This document shows positions 18,746 through 27,262 of a stretch of 38,080 bases of DNA, piece by piece; the stretch's first letter is position 1, and every line of letters begins with the position of its first letter. The notes under the pieces are model-generated. The model saw nothing but the letters and a program-made list of their open reading frames with translations. It was not told where the DNA came from and searched no databases. The position numbers were made by a program, and so were the translations under genes. Source of the DNA: a virus (taxonomy: Duplodnaviria > Caudoviricetes); IMG/VR virus record IMGVR_UViG_3300035180_000540, positions 1 to 38,080 of that record. One strand, written 5' to 3'.

Positions 18746-19200
18746 AATATCCCTTTCAATCTTTTATAAAAATCCCAACACTGATTAGTGCTTTTAAGAT
18801 TTGTTTTAGCACCTTTGTAAAACAATATTGTTTCGTAAGGAGACTTTCCTTTTTCCTCAAGCTTTGTAATAATCTCATCTATAGCCATTAAACTATTTAC
18901 ATTGCTCCTTAAGCACCATTGAGTAGGCTTTATGCCACCTATTCCAATTGTATCGCTTGTGGGGTGTTTTACTGCGTAATTACAATTGCTTTCCGTCATT
19001 GCTATCGCTACAACCAAAGCCCTGTGGTTCTTAGGTACTTGTTCTAGTTCTCCAAAAGAAGATTTAGGCAGTATTATGTTTATTGTCTGGTTTTCAGCTT
19101 TAGGTTTATTGCTAATCTCTTTTAGTTCGTTTACTTCTTTGTTTTGATAGAAACTAACTATTATTAAAGCGATAATTACTACTTTATATATTGGCTTCAT
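18742..19200 (-). CDS. Signal/TM-anchored lysozyme-fold (lytic transglycosylase-like) protein
   Basis: Hydrophobic N-terminus; LVVAIAMTESN catalytic-Glu motif; GIGGI; late FYKG motif. Confidence 0.55.
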   Translation of the reverse strand: MKPIYKVVIIALIIVSFYQNKEVNELKEISNKPKAENQTINIILPKSSFGELEQVPKNHRALVVAIAMTESNCNYAVKHPTSDTIGIGGIKPTQWCLRSNVNSLMAIDEIITKLEEKGKSPYETILFYKGAKTNLKSTNQCWDFYKRLKGIL

Positions 19201-19457
19201 TATTTATCCTTAAACTTAAAATCATCACAATATAATATACCCATGTCATATTCATCCATACGCTTATATATAGTACAAAATCCACTTTCATTACACATCG
19301 AGCAAGATTTCCTACGTATTGATTTCTTATGACTTACATCAAGTTTATTTAATAAATCATCAATGAAAAGTTTTATTTCTTTAGCGATAATAGTTCTATC
19401 TTCTAAGTCTCCACTTATAATTATATTTTCCAAATCTATGTATCTTTCGTACTTCAT
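19200..19457 (-). CDS. Hypothetical protein with a Cys cluster (possible Zn binding)
   Basis: CSMC..C..YC pattern; AAGGA SD. Confidence 0.65.
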   Translation of the reverse strand: MKYERYIDLENIIISGDLEDRTIIAKEIKLFIDDLLNKLDVSHKKSIRRKSCSMCNESGFCTIYKRMDEYDMGILYCDDFKFKDK

Positions 19458-19460
19458 TTA

Positions 19461-19547
19461 TTATCCTTTAATTGCAAACATAAAATATGAAAGTGATAAT
19501 GTAACAAATAATATCGCAATAAGTATTTTGTCTTCCTCATTCATCAT
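19461..19547 (-). CDS. 28-aa single-TM peptide (not in ORF track)
   Basis: MMNEEDKILIAILFVTLSLSYFMFAIKG*, coupled to the upstream stop. Confidence 0.5.
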   Translation of the reverse strand: MMNEEDKILIAILFVTLSLSYFMFAIKG

Positions 19548-19765
19548 CAAGCCTTTAGGTCAATTGTTCTGTAAAATTCACATTCTCTTAATGACTTAAT
19601 AGTTTCTAAAATATCAATTCGATTAAGTAGCCTGTTAATTTGATTTTTCATATGCTCGTTTTGAATAATCATATCGCAAACGTCAAGAGCATTAATTAAA
19701 ATTTTCTCATCCTTACGAAATGCGAACTTATTATCTAGTATTTCTCTTCTTGTTATAGCGTCCAT
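19547..19765 (-). CDS. Hypothetical protein
   Basis: AAGG SD; sits in the operon chain. Confidence 0.6.
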   Translation of the reverse strand: MDAITRREILDNKFAFRKDEKILINALDVCDMIIQNEHMKNQINRLLNRIDILETIKSLRECEFYRTIDLKA

Positions 19766-19835
19766 TATAAAACCTTTTGTGATAATTTGTAAATCGTGAT
19801 ATCGACTCTTGCTATTATTTTTAACAATTTTCTTT

Positions 19836-20042
19836 TCATCTCATCTCCAATGCTTCTGCAAATATTTCTTTAATACTATTTTCGTTAAATTCAAATCCAT
19901 AAATAGAATACAAATCTGCAATTTCATTAATTGCGTTTGCTATTTCTTGCTTCCAAGTACTTACAAATAACAACAGCTCTTCATGTTCCTTTTCATTTTT
20001 TTCTCTATTTAAGAGATCATGATCGTAGTGTTCTAGTTTCAT
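19836..20042 (-). CDS. Hypothetical acidic protein, first gene after an early promoter
   Basis: AAGGA SD; directly downstream of the conserved promoter box. Confidence 0.7.
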   Translation of the reverse strand: MKLEHYDHDLLNREKNEKEHEELLLFVSTWKQEIANAINEIADLYSIYGFEFNENSIKEIFAEALEMR

Positions 20043-20053
20043 ATTGTTCCTTC

Positions 20054-20106
20054 TTTTAGAATAAGTAACTATACAACAGGTTACCTTTTAGTAAACTTAA
20101 AAGGTA
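20054..20106 (-). promoter_or_regulatory. Early promoter/operator box 1
   Basis: ttttagaataagtaactatacaacaggttacctttt; -10 TATAGT on the minus strand; inverted repeat tacctttta-N7-taaaaggta. Confidence 0.75.
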
Positions 20107-20146
20107 TACATTTTATACAGTAAAGTTTTTGCATGATCTAGCATAA

Positions 20147-20464
20147 TCAAGTTTCAATAAATAATATTTCTTGATATTTAAACAGTAACATTTTCCTTTT
20201 TATTTTATAAATATCAGTTTTAAACCCTTTTACGTCCTCAACTATATATTTACCATTTTGTTTGTAAGTAAAATCTGCTATATATTTTATTGCACGCTCT
20301 ATTTTTCCATTGATCTTAAATGATGGTTGTAACTCAAATGTTACTTGCTCACATAACTCAGTAATATAGCCATTTTTCTCTAATAATTTTAATTCTTTTG
20401 CTCGGCTAGATTCCTTTTTAGAATCATAACCGTTCATTTTTTTATTAAAATACTTACTAGCCAT
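20147..20464 (-). CDS. DUF1064 family PD-(D/E)xK endonuclease
   Basis: SKY.NKK..YDSKKE..QVTFEL..YIADFTY..VEDVKGFKT..Y.IKRK signature. Confidence 0.92.
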   Translation of the reverse strand: MASKYFNKKMNGYDSKKESSRAKELKLLEKNGYITELCEQVTFELQPSFKINGKIERAIKYIADFTYKQNGKYIVEDVKGFKTDIYKIKRKMLLFKYQEILFIET

Positions 20465-20624
20465 TCTTTAACTTATTGATAGCGTTATCAATTGCATATT
20501 CTAGTGCATCAGTTTGTCTTATTTTACCGATCACAATAGTTGTATTTAATAGTGCTGTTAATTTTCTTAACTTATCACGAGTATCAACTGTTGATTTAAT
20601 TAATATCATTTTTTGGTTCATCAT
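20457..20624 (-). CDS. Putative ribbon-helix-helix DNA-binding protein, 55 aa (not in ORF track)
   Basis: MMNQKMILIKSTVDTRDKLRKLTALLNTTIVIGKIRQTDALEYAIDNAINKLKNG*; fills the helicase-DUF1064 gap; strand-helix-helix pattern. Confidence 0.55.
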   Translation of the reverse strand: MMNQKMILIKSTVDTRDKLRKLTALLNTTIVIGKIRQTDALEYAIDNAINKLKNG

Positions 20625-22194
20625 CTTCCCCCTTTGCTATGTTTGGCACGTTATCAATTAAAATAATACCATGCTTACCTCTTGTTATTGCTACGTATTC
20701 AGCAGCACGACTAGCACCATAAAAGCTATTATTTGTGATAACAACGCATGGTATACTTATTCCTTGTGCCTTGTGTACAGTTCTACTTGTCGTATATCGT
20801 GCAGTAACAACACTCTTTGCGCTCATAAAATTAGCCCATGCACGTTTTCTATCTGCACTTATATCGCTTTGGTCGTATACTTGTTTAAAGGTCTCTATAT
20901 CATTACATTGCGAAGCTAAATACAATATATTACCGCTTAATGATTCAATACCCATACTACCTGATATATACTTTTTAAATTGGTTGTGTATCTTCAATGA
21001 TGGAGATAACTTAGCAAATAAATCATCTAGCATCTTCTTATATTCATCTTCTGTATTATCCCATAAGAGAATAAAATATTTATCCTCAATTATTGCGAGT
21101 GTACAGTATTCCAAAACTTCATCAACTGGAAATTGAATATAGAAAGTATCATCCATTGGTGATGCTTTTGTATCAGTAATACTAATCCCAGAACCACTTT
21201 TAGATATTGATAATTTAAAGCTTTTATACATACAATAACCATTCTTTTGCAATGCCGTTGTTTCATTATTTAGCAAGTCAATTTTTACATCTTCACCGTT
21301 ATAAAAAACAATATCACTTTTGAAGTCACGCTTTGGATAACCATTACGATCTGTTTCCCCATTAGCTACCATTTTAGTAACTTGCACGGAAGAATTAAGA
21401 TTATATTTATTATGCCCCTTACAAGTAATTTTATTAGCCATAAACTCAACTAATTTATTCCTATACTGTACGCAGCAAGATTCAGAATTTTTAGGGATAA
21501 AGTCACAGTCATTATAATCAATCTTAATAATATTTCTATCGTTTATGTAATCATCGAGATTTAGCGACTCAATTCGTCCTTCTTTATATTCTTTGAAGTC
21601 ATCGAATAACTTAATCATATGAGGGTCTTGCGCTCTTAATGTTTTGTATAGATAGTGTTTTGATTGAGTGATATTATCCCATTCAACTTTTACCGATTTA
21701 ACTGGTGGCAATTGCTGTGAGTCTAAAACAAATAAAACATAATTGAATTTGTGTTTATTAATTTCACGGAATAGATCAGCTCCAATCATTGAGCTTTCAT
21801 CAATAATTAAAATATCAGGAGATTCAATTAAAGTATTACTACCTTTTAACAGCAATGCTTCATCTGCACTAATAGCATCATCATTGTTTGTCATCTTCAT
21901 ACCTAGAAAAGAATGAATAGTTTGTCCACCCAATGCACTTGCAGCCTTACCAGTCGTAGCAGTAACAATAACATTTAAGTTCATTTGTTCAGCTGTTTTA
22001 ATTATAGCTCTTATTGTCGTTGTTTTGCCACTACCAGATTTTGCATCACAAACGGAGTAACGTATTGATCTATCATTAAATTCATTCAATACTGCGTCAT
22101 GTATCTTCTGCTGATCTTGCGTCAATACAGGATATAAATTTATACCATCTGCATCTTTCGCATCAAACATTGATACTAATTGGCTTAGTTTCAT
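20596..22194 (-). CDS. Dda/RecD-like SF1B DNA helicase
   Basis: SGSGKTT, ATTGKAA, TIHSFLG, LIIDESSMI, QQLPPV, TVHKAQG and YVAITR motifs. Confidence 0.93.
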   Translation of the reverse strand: MKLSQLVSMFDAKDADGINLYPVLTQDQQKIHDAVLNEFNDRSIRYSVCDAKSGSGKTTTIRAIIKTAEQMNLNVIVTATTGKAASALGGQTIHSFLGMKMTNNDDAISADEALLLKGSNTLIESPDILIIDESSMIGADLFREINKHKFNYVLFVLDSQQLPPVKSVKVEWDNITQSKHYLYKTLRAQDPHMIKLFDDFKEYKEGRIESLNLDDYINDRNIIKIDYNDCDFIPKNSESCCVQYRNKLVEFMANKITCKGHNKYNLNSSVQVTKMVANGETDRNGYPKRDFKSDIVFYNGEDVKIDLLNNETTALQKNGYCMYKSFKLSISKSGSGISITDTKASPMDDTFYIQFPVDEVLEYCTLAIIEDKYFILLWDNTEDEYKKMLDDLFAKLSPSLKIHNQFKKYISGSMGIESLSGNILYLASQCNDIETFKQVYDQSDISADRKRAWANFMSAKSVVTARYTTSRTVHKAQGISIPCVVITNNSFYGASRAAEYVAITRGKHGIILIDNVPNIAKGEDDEPKNDIN

Positions 22195-22206
22195 TATTTC
22201 ACCTTT

Positions 22207-22452
22207 TTAAAATAACAATGAAGCTTCTAACTGCTCCATTAGTTTTTTATCATTCATCATATCAGCCATAAAGTCATAAACGAATCTAAAATCATCGCTC
22301 TCACTTAAATGACAAATATCCTCTGTCCAATTACCTTCAATGGATTCAGTGTCACAGAAATATAACTTAACACCGTTTGTACCAATAACCCAGATATGAT
22401 ACTTATTACGTCTTTGAGTTATACCCATTGAAGCAATAGTAGCTGTCATCAT
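22207..22452 (-). CDS. Hypothetical protein
   Basis: Coupled ORF in the recombination operon. Confidence 0.65.
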   Translation of the reverse strand: MMTATIASMGITQRRNKYHIWVIGTNGVKLYFCDTESIEGNWTEDICHLSESDDFRFVYDFMADMMNDKKLMEQLEASLLF

Positions 22453-23150
22453 TTTCTACCCCAACCCTTTTTTACAGGTTGCTCACCATCTTCTTTTGGT
22501 GATTCTTTTTTAGCACCAAATGATGACTTTGGAGTTTCCTTTACAGTTTCTTTAAACTCTTTAGCACTTGATAACCATTTATCTAACTTAGTAGGCTTAC
22601 CTTCGATAGCTTCCTCTCCGTAAAATAAACCACTTTCAATATCAAAGAAATGTTCAATGCTTGCATATTCACGAGATTTTACACCATCAATTTCTCTATT
22701 CATCTGTGCAGTAATTCCAACAACTTTACCAACTAAATCAGGGAAACCATCACCTTTTTCAATCTTACGTTCTTTTGCTTCTTTATCATAAACCTCAAAA
22801 CTTGTTTCCGATGGATTAACATCAAATATTTCTTTACCAAGTGCAATACCAAAAAGAGTGTTTGCGATAGATAGTCCAATATGCTGTTTTTTAACTGTTT
22901 TTCCATTATAATATTGAGTAAAATATGTATTACCATCTTTTCCAGCAACAGTAAAATATGTGCGTATTGTTTCATCTGCATCTGTTTTTGCACTGATAAC
23001 TAAACTAATTGACTTTGAGCCATCTGCTTTACTATTTTGTAAATATGCCTCTGTAATTTCTACTTCATACGCATCTGTTTTGATAATACTATTATTTGAG
23101 TATTCTAACTCACTTGTTACTTCAACGTCTGCTTCTTTTTTTAACCACAT
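22449..23150 (-). CDS. Putative single-stranded DNA-binding protein, N4-like
   Basis: Follows ERF; Y.V.I..AY..S..G, G...AN.L...LGKEI and DLVGK patterns resemble N4-type SSBs as I recall them. Confidence 0.55.
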   Translation of the reverse strand: MWLKKEADVEVTSELEYSNNSIIKTDAYEVEITEAYLQNSKADGSKSISLVISAKTDADETIRTYFTVAGKDGNTYFTQYYNGKTVKKQHIGLSIANTLFGIALGKEIFDVNPSETSFEVYDKEAKERKIEKGDGFPDLVGKVVGITAQMNREIDGVKSREYASIEHFFDIESGLFYGEEAIEGKPTKLDKWLSSAKEFKETVKETPKSSFGAKKESPKEDGEQPVKKGWGRK

Positions 23151-23161
23151 AATAATTCCTT

Positions 23162-23587
23162 TTAGTTTGTTTGTTCTTCGTTAAGTGATTCAATTTCTGG
23201 ATCACCACCTGCTATACCTAGCATACTTAATAATGAATAACGTCTTAAGTATGATGCTACACTACCACACTGCATAATTTCCGTGCTACCTTTTACAGGA
23301 TCACCTAGTGGAAACATCAATGTATGTTCTACCCATTCATCGCCATGATGTAGACGAGAAATAACTAATACAAATGGCATATCATCAACTAATGTCATTC
23401 TATGCTCTTGCACTAGCGCAATTCCGTTACCACCTAAAATTGGTAACAACTTTGTTACGATTCCATTCAAAGTTAAATATGAGTATCGTTTTTCATATCC
23501 AAACGCATCATCTTTTAACTCTGGAAATTCAGCTTGCGATTTTGCAAGTGCTGTCATTAACTGACCAACACTTTTACTTGTTTTCAC
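23162..23587 (-). CDS. erf: ERF family ssDNA-annealing protein
   Basis: ALAKSQAEF..YSYLTL..L..NGI..Q..GSVASYLRRYSLLSMLGI signature. Confidence 0.9.
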   Translation of the reverse strand: MKTSKSVGQLMTALAKSQAEFPELKDDAFGYEKRYSYLTLNGIVTKLLPILGGNGIALVQEHRMTLVDDMPFVLVISRLHHGDEWVEHTLMFPLGDPVKGSTEIMQCGSVASYLRRYSLLSMLGIAGGDPEIESLNEEQTN

Positions 23588-23602
23588 CTTTTACCACCTT
23601 CT

Positions 23603-23645
23603 TTTTGGAATATGTAACTATACAATAGGTTACCTTAAAGGTAAC
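23603..23645 (-). promoter_or_regulatory. Early promoter/operator box 2
   Basis: ttttggaatatgtaactatacaataggttaccttaaaggtaac; perfect palindrome GTTACCTT-A-AAGGTAAC at 23629-23645. Confidence 0.8.
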
Positions 23646-23659
23646 TTTATATATTAACA

Positions 23660-24508
23660 TTATTTCAAACGTTTAACGATCTGAACTATATCTTTTATTG
23701 ACACTGGTATTCTTCTATTGCACTCATCAAACAACCAATTAACTATGTAGTCATCATCAAAGTTATCATCTCTCATCATGTATATACAGCTAACTAAGCA
23801 GTGATGTTTGTTCCCATCCCAATAATTACTGTCCATAAATATTCTAATCCCTTTGAGCTTAGCTTCATAGTTCACCCCATCCTCTGAATATCCACTTTCT
23901 AATTCATTGCCATGCTTGTCTATCCATACGTTTCTAAGCTCACATAAGCGATAAATATTGTCAGATGGTATAATCATTGCTTTTTGTACTATCGGCGTTA
24001 TTTGGTGCGTTTCTGTTACGATTACGGGGAATAATTTTCCTTCTGTATAAAATACTTCTGCATTATCAGGTGAAGAGAAAAAAAATCTTCCTCTGTCCTT
24101 CGTACTGCTGTCCACGAAAAAATATAAAGCCATAACTCTTTTCATAAGCTTATCAATTATTTCTGCTTCATTTACAGTTTGATTTAAATGTAAAAATATC
24201 CTAAACCTATCACAAACTATTCCATTTTTTTCTTTTTTGTGAGATCGTGTTGTGATAATATAATGCTCATAAGATTTAAAAATATACTGCGCTTGTATAA
24301 TAGAACATCCATCATCAATATCTAGAATTAAAACATCCACACCCCCATTCCAATTCGCATTACTTCTTTTATTATTTTTGAATCTGCCAGCAGAATAGGC
24401 ATACCCGCTCATAACCATTTTAGTAATGTCGCTAAATTCTACATCGTTATAATTAATGAACCCATTTGGATTTTTAGCCTCATTATGATTTGCTACTGTG
24501 AAGAACAT
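23660..24508 (-). CDS. AEP-superfamily primase (primase-polymerase-like)
   Basis: LILDIDD (DxD), ITTRSH and RFRIF motifs; helical C-terminal domain; adjacent to the helicase. Confidence 0.7.
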   Translation of the reverse strand: MFFTVANHNEAKNPNGFINYNDVEFSDITKMVMSGYAYSAGRFKNNKRSNANWNGGVDVLILDIDDGCSIIQAQYIFKSYEHYIITTRSHKKEKNGIVCDRFRIFLHLNQTVNEAEIIDKLMKRVMALYFFVDSSTKDRGRFFFSSPDNAEVFYTEGKLFPVIVTETHQITPIVQKAMIIPSDNIYRLCELRNVWIDKHGNELESGYSEDGVNYEAKLKGIRIFMDSNYWDGNKHHCLVSCIYMMRDDNFDDDYIVNWLFDECNRRIPVSIKDIVQIVKRLK

Positions 24509-25575
24509 TTCTCATTCCATCTATCTTTTTTTGCTTGTTCTTCTGCTATTTTTATTTCTTCTACACTTTTTCTTATTCCATCACTTGCTCTAACATAATC
24601 TAAATTATGATTGATTTCTTCGTACTTTGTTATCATTCCTTTCTTTTTATAATCTCTATGTTTTTCCATCCATATCAATCTCTCAGTAGTACCCCTATTT
24701 TTAGGATTCTCAAAGTCCATAAAAATTGCAGTGTCAAGATGATGCTGAACCATTACGCTTCCAAAAATTACATAGTTATTATTATCATTGTCATACTTTG
24801 ATCTTTGCCCTATAATAATTAAAATTATATTTAGGTTATGCGCCATTTTTAGTAATCTATCTGATACTGTTTCATAATCACCTAATTGCCTACCTATTGT
24901 AACCTTAGTAAGCGAGTCAATGATAAAGATTCTACACCCATCTAAATATCGAATATTAATCATACGTTCTAAGTCCGCCCATTCACTGCTTTTAGTATCA
25001 ACTGAAAACATTTTTTTCTTGCTATCATTATTTTCAATTAATCCTCTAAGCTTATTAGAATGATCCTGTGATAGTGATTTATAAAGACGTGATGTTCCAA
25101 CCTCAAAACTATGAAAGTGCAATTTTTCGTTATTCTCTAAAAAGCCTCTAATCATCATATAAACAACATCAGACTTTCCAATATTACTCTCTCCTATTAC
25201 TGCCATATAAGTTCCAAACGGTATTCCGTTACTTTCCTTTAGTAAGTATTCATCAAATGCTGTTATGTTTGTCAAAACAGTTTCTATAATAGGATTTCCA
25301 TCAATGTCAATGTCAAGTTTAGCACGCTCTCTTGCAAAAATATCCTCTATAAACTCCCATCCATCTTTTACACCATCATTTAGCTCATCAAAAATATTAT
25401 CAATAGCTTTTAATACAGCATTTTTTTGTGCTTGTAAGTCCCTAAATTTAGATATATAATCCTTTGGTGTTTTAACACCTGATTGTATTACTGATGACAT
25501 AATTAGGATATCATTAATTAGTACATCTTTAAATTCAATTAGATCACTAAGTTCCATTTCTTTTAAATTCTTCAT
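24493..25575 (-). CDS. RecA-fold ATPase, probably a DnaB-like replicative helicase
   Basis: Walker A GESNIGKS, SFE, Walker B IFIIDS, IIGQ and EKHR motifs. Confidence 0.8.
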   Translation of the reverse strand: MKNLKEMELSDLIEFKDVLINDILIMSSVIQSGVKTPKDYISKFRDLQAQKNAVLKAIDNIFDELNDGVKDGWEFIEDIFARERAKLDIDIDGNPIIETVLTNITAFDEYLLKESNGIPFGTYMAVIGESNIGKSDVVYMMIRGFLENNEKLHFHSFEVGTSRLYKSLSQDHSNKLRGLIENNDSKKKMFSVDTKSSEWADLERMINIRYLDGCRIFIIDSLTKVTIGRQLGDYETVSDRLLKMAHNLNIILIIIGQRSKYDNDNNNYVIFGSVMVQHHLDTAIFMDFENPKNRGTTERLIWMEKHRDYKKKGMITKYEEINHNLDYVRASDGIRKSVEEIKIAEEQAKKDRWNEKCSSQ

Positions 25576-25577
25576 TA

Positions 25578-26297
25578 TTATTGTCCTGTATTTTGATCTA
25601 TTAACTCTTGTAATTGATCTATTTTTAAAATGTTACATAACGCTTTTGGTATCTTTTTACTTTCGTTATATGCAGTAATCTCATCATCAATGGCAAAATT
25701 TATTATTTTATAATTTGTCAATGATGAATTAGCAGGAAGATTAAACTTATGCTTCATTATGTTTAAGAAGTTTTTGAATGTATCTATTTTTCTAACATCA
25801 TTACGTCCTGATGCTTTATTATAAAACTCTCGTGTGTAGTTCTTCCAAACATTATTAAACTCTTCTGTATACTCCATATTAGGTTTAGTCTTACTTGTTT
25901 TCTTATCTTTGTTGCTTGGTGTTACTTTAGCGGAATGTAGTGGAGCGTGTTCTACCTCTCTACCTTCTACCTTTTTACCTTCTACCTTACCTAACGCGAT
26001 GTCGCCCGTATTCGCTGAGAGTTCGCGCGAACATTCAAAATCAAGGCTTAAAACATCATTTTCGTATGATAATTCATTAACTTTTCTATCTATTTCGGAA
26101 AGCAATATAGAAATATCATCCTGTCTAATAGGTATAGTTGCAGTTATTGGGTGTCGTGTTGATTTGTTATACCCGAAAAAAAGTAGCAGTTTATAATTAA
26201 TTATCCTGCCTTCATAAGCTGTTGATATTTGGATAGACCCACCAGTAAATCTATCAATATCATATTCAGTGTATTTTTCTATAATTTTATCAATCAT
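25578..26297 (-). CDS. Putative replication initiator protein
   Basis: Upstream of the helicase; low-complexity linker with DNA repeats, then YTEEFNNVWKNY typical of phage initiator C-terminal domains. Confidence 0.6.
   Translation of the reverse strand: MIDKIIEKYTEYDIDRFTGGSIQISTAYEGRIINYKLLLFFGYNKSTRHPITATIPIRQDDISILLSEIDRKVNELSYENDVLSLDFECSRELSANTGDIALGKVEGKKVEGREVEHAPLHSAKVTPSNKDKKTSKTKPNMEYTEEFNNVWKNYTREFYNKASGRNDVRKIDTFKNFLNIMKHKFNLPANSSLTNYKIINFAIDDEITAYNESKKIPKALCNILKIDQLQELIDQNTGQ
25951..26032. repeat. Probable replication origin: TACCT repeat cluster plus GC-rich palindrome
   Basis: Six TACCT in 25953-25992; taccttctacctt twice; GTTCGCGCGAAC at 26021-26032. Confidence 0.5.
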
Positions 26298-26304
26298 ATT
26301 AAGC

Positions 26305-26559
26305 CTATATATTAGTAATAGTGTTAATAATATAGTCTATATGCTTAGAATAATTATTATATCCATTCTGAGTGTCATATTTTTCCTCTCTTATTTTATA
26401 ATCATCACTTTTATATATGATTATGTTATCTTGATCTTTAACTAATACTTGTAGATAGAATGATGAATTAATTTCTTTTTCTATAGTACCAACTTTTAGC
26501 GTTTTAAACGCATCTTTATTATGGAAAGTAGTTCCATCAAACGTAAAATATTGTGACAT
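26305..26559 (-). CDS. Hypothetical protein, first main gene of the replication operon
   Basis: AGGA SD; downstream of the structured leader. Confidence 0.65.
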   Translation of the reverse strand: MSQYFTFDGTTFHNKDAFKTLKVGTIEKEINSSFYLQVLVKDQDNIIIYKSDDYKIREEKYDTQNGYNNYSKHIDYIINTITNI

Positions 26560-26588
26560 TATAAGTCCTATTTTTGATTGCTAGTCAG

Positions 26589-26711
26589 TTAATGTAAGTT
26601 GAGGATTTTGTAAATGAAGATTAGCCGTCTCATTTATCAACAACTCCAAGAATAGGGAGAGACGGCTAGGTGTTGCCCTATTCTTGCAATTGTTCTATAC
26701 GTATTATAACA
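26589..26711 (-). promoter_or_regulatory. Extended -10 promoter plus structured leader (pseudoknot/kissing) with a 14-aa uORF
   Basis: TGtTATAAT at 26711-26703; stem 26647-57/26676-86; loop 26659-68 complementary to 26622-31; uORF MRRLIFIYKILNLH from 26633. Confidence 0.7.
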
Positions 26712-26738
26712 AAATAATTATAAATAAGGCATAAAGCC

Positions 26739-27251
26739 CTATTTAATCATAAGCGTTGTATTAGTAACTAACTCTGCACCGATTACACACTCACCAGACT
26801 TAATGGCTGTCTTAATTGCTGTCTTATCCGCTTCGTATGTAGTCTTAACTCTGGAGTATTTACCTTGCATATTAAAGCCTTCTACAATATTTACCAATTC
26901 ACTTTTACGTGTTGAGAATGAAAACTTTTGTGTTTTTAGTTTTGCATCAGGTAGCTCAATCAATGCAGATAACATTAAACTTTTTAGGCTTGTGTGATTA
27001 TTTTCTAATCGTTTAGCACGTTCATTTAATCGTTTTGTTTCACGCTTTAAAGCATCTGATTGTAATTCAAGTTCATTAAGTATGTAGGCACAACCCTCTA
27101 GCTTGTCAGATAGTGTTACGCATAGGCTATTAAATAGCTCATTGATTGTTTGGCTATCATCTACAATCTCACCAGTCTCACTATCGTACTGTTCATTTTC
27201 TGCTAAGTCACGAAGAGTTCTAAATTCTTCTGCGATATTATATATTTTCAT
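26739..27251 (-). CDS. Siphovirus Gp157 family protein (start revised from 27281)
   Basis: MKIYNIAEEF..D.ETGE..K.E..RL..R.K..DKTAIKTAIKSG..V.GAEL; AAGGTG SD before ATG 27251. Confidence 0.9.
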   Translation of the reverse strand: MKIYNIAEEFRTLRDLAENEQYDSETGEIVDDSQTINELFNSLCVTLSDKLEGCAYILNELELQSDALKRETKRLNERAKRLENNHTSLKSLMLSALIELPDAKLKTQKFSFSTRKSELVNIVEGFNMQGKYSRVKTTYEADKTAIKTAIKSGECVIGAELVTNTTLMIK

Positions 27252-27262
27252 GTTACACCTTT

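Noticed and set aside
19363-26997. Plus-strand and nested track ORFs in the early arm (19363, 20476, 20671, 20735, 22733, 22960, 23374, 24607, 25265, 25909, 26803)
   Set aside because: They are antisense or off-frame shadows of motif-bearing minus-strand genes.
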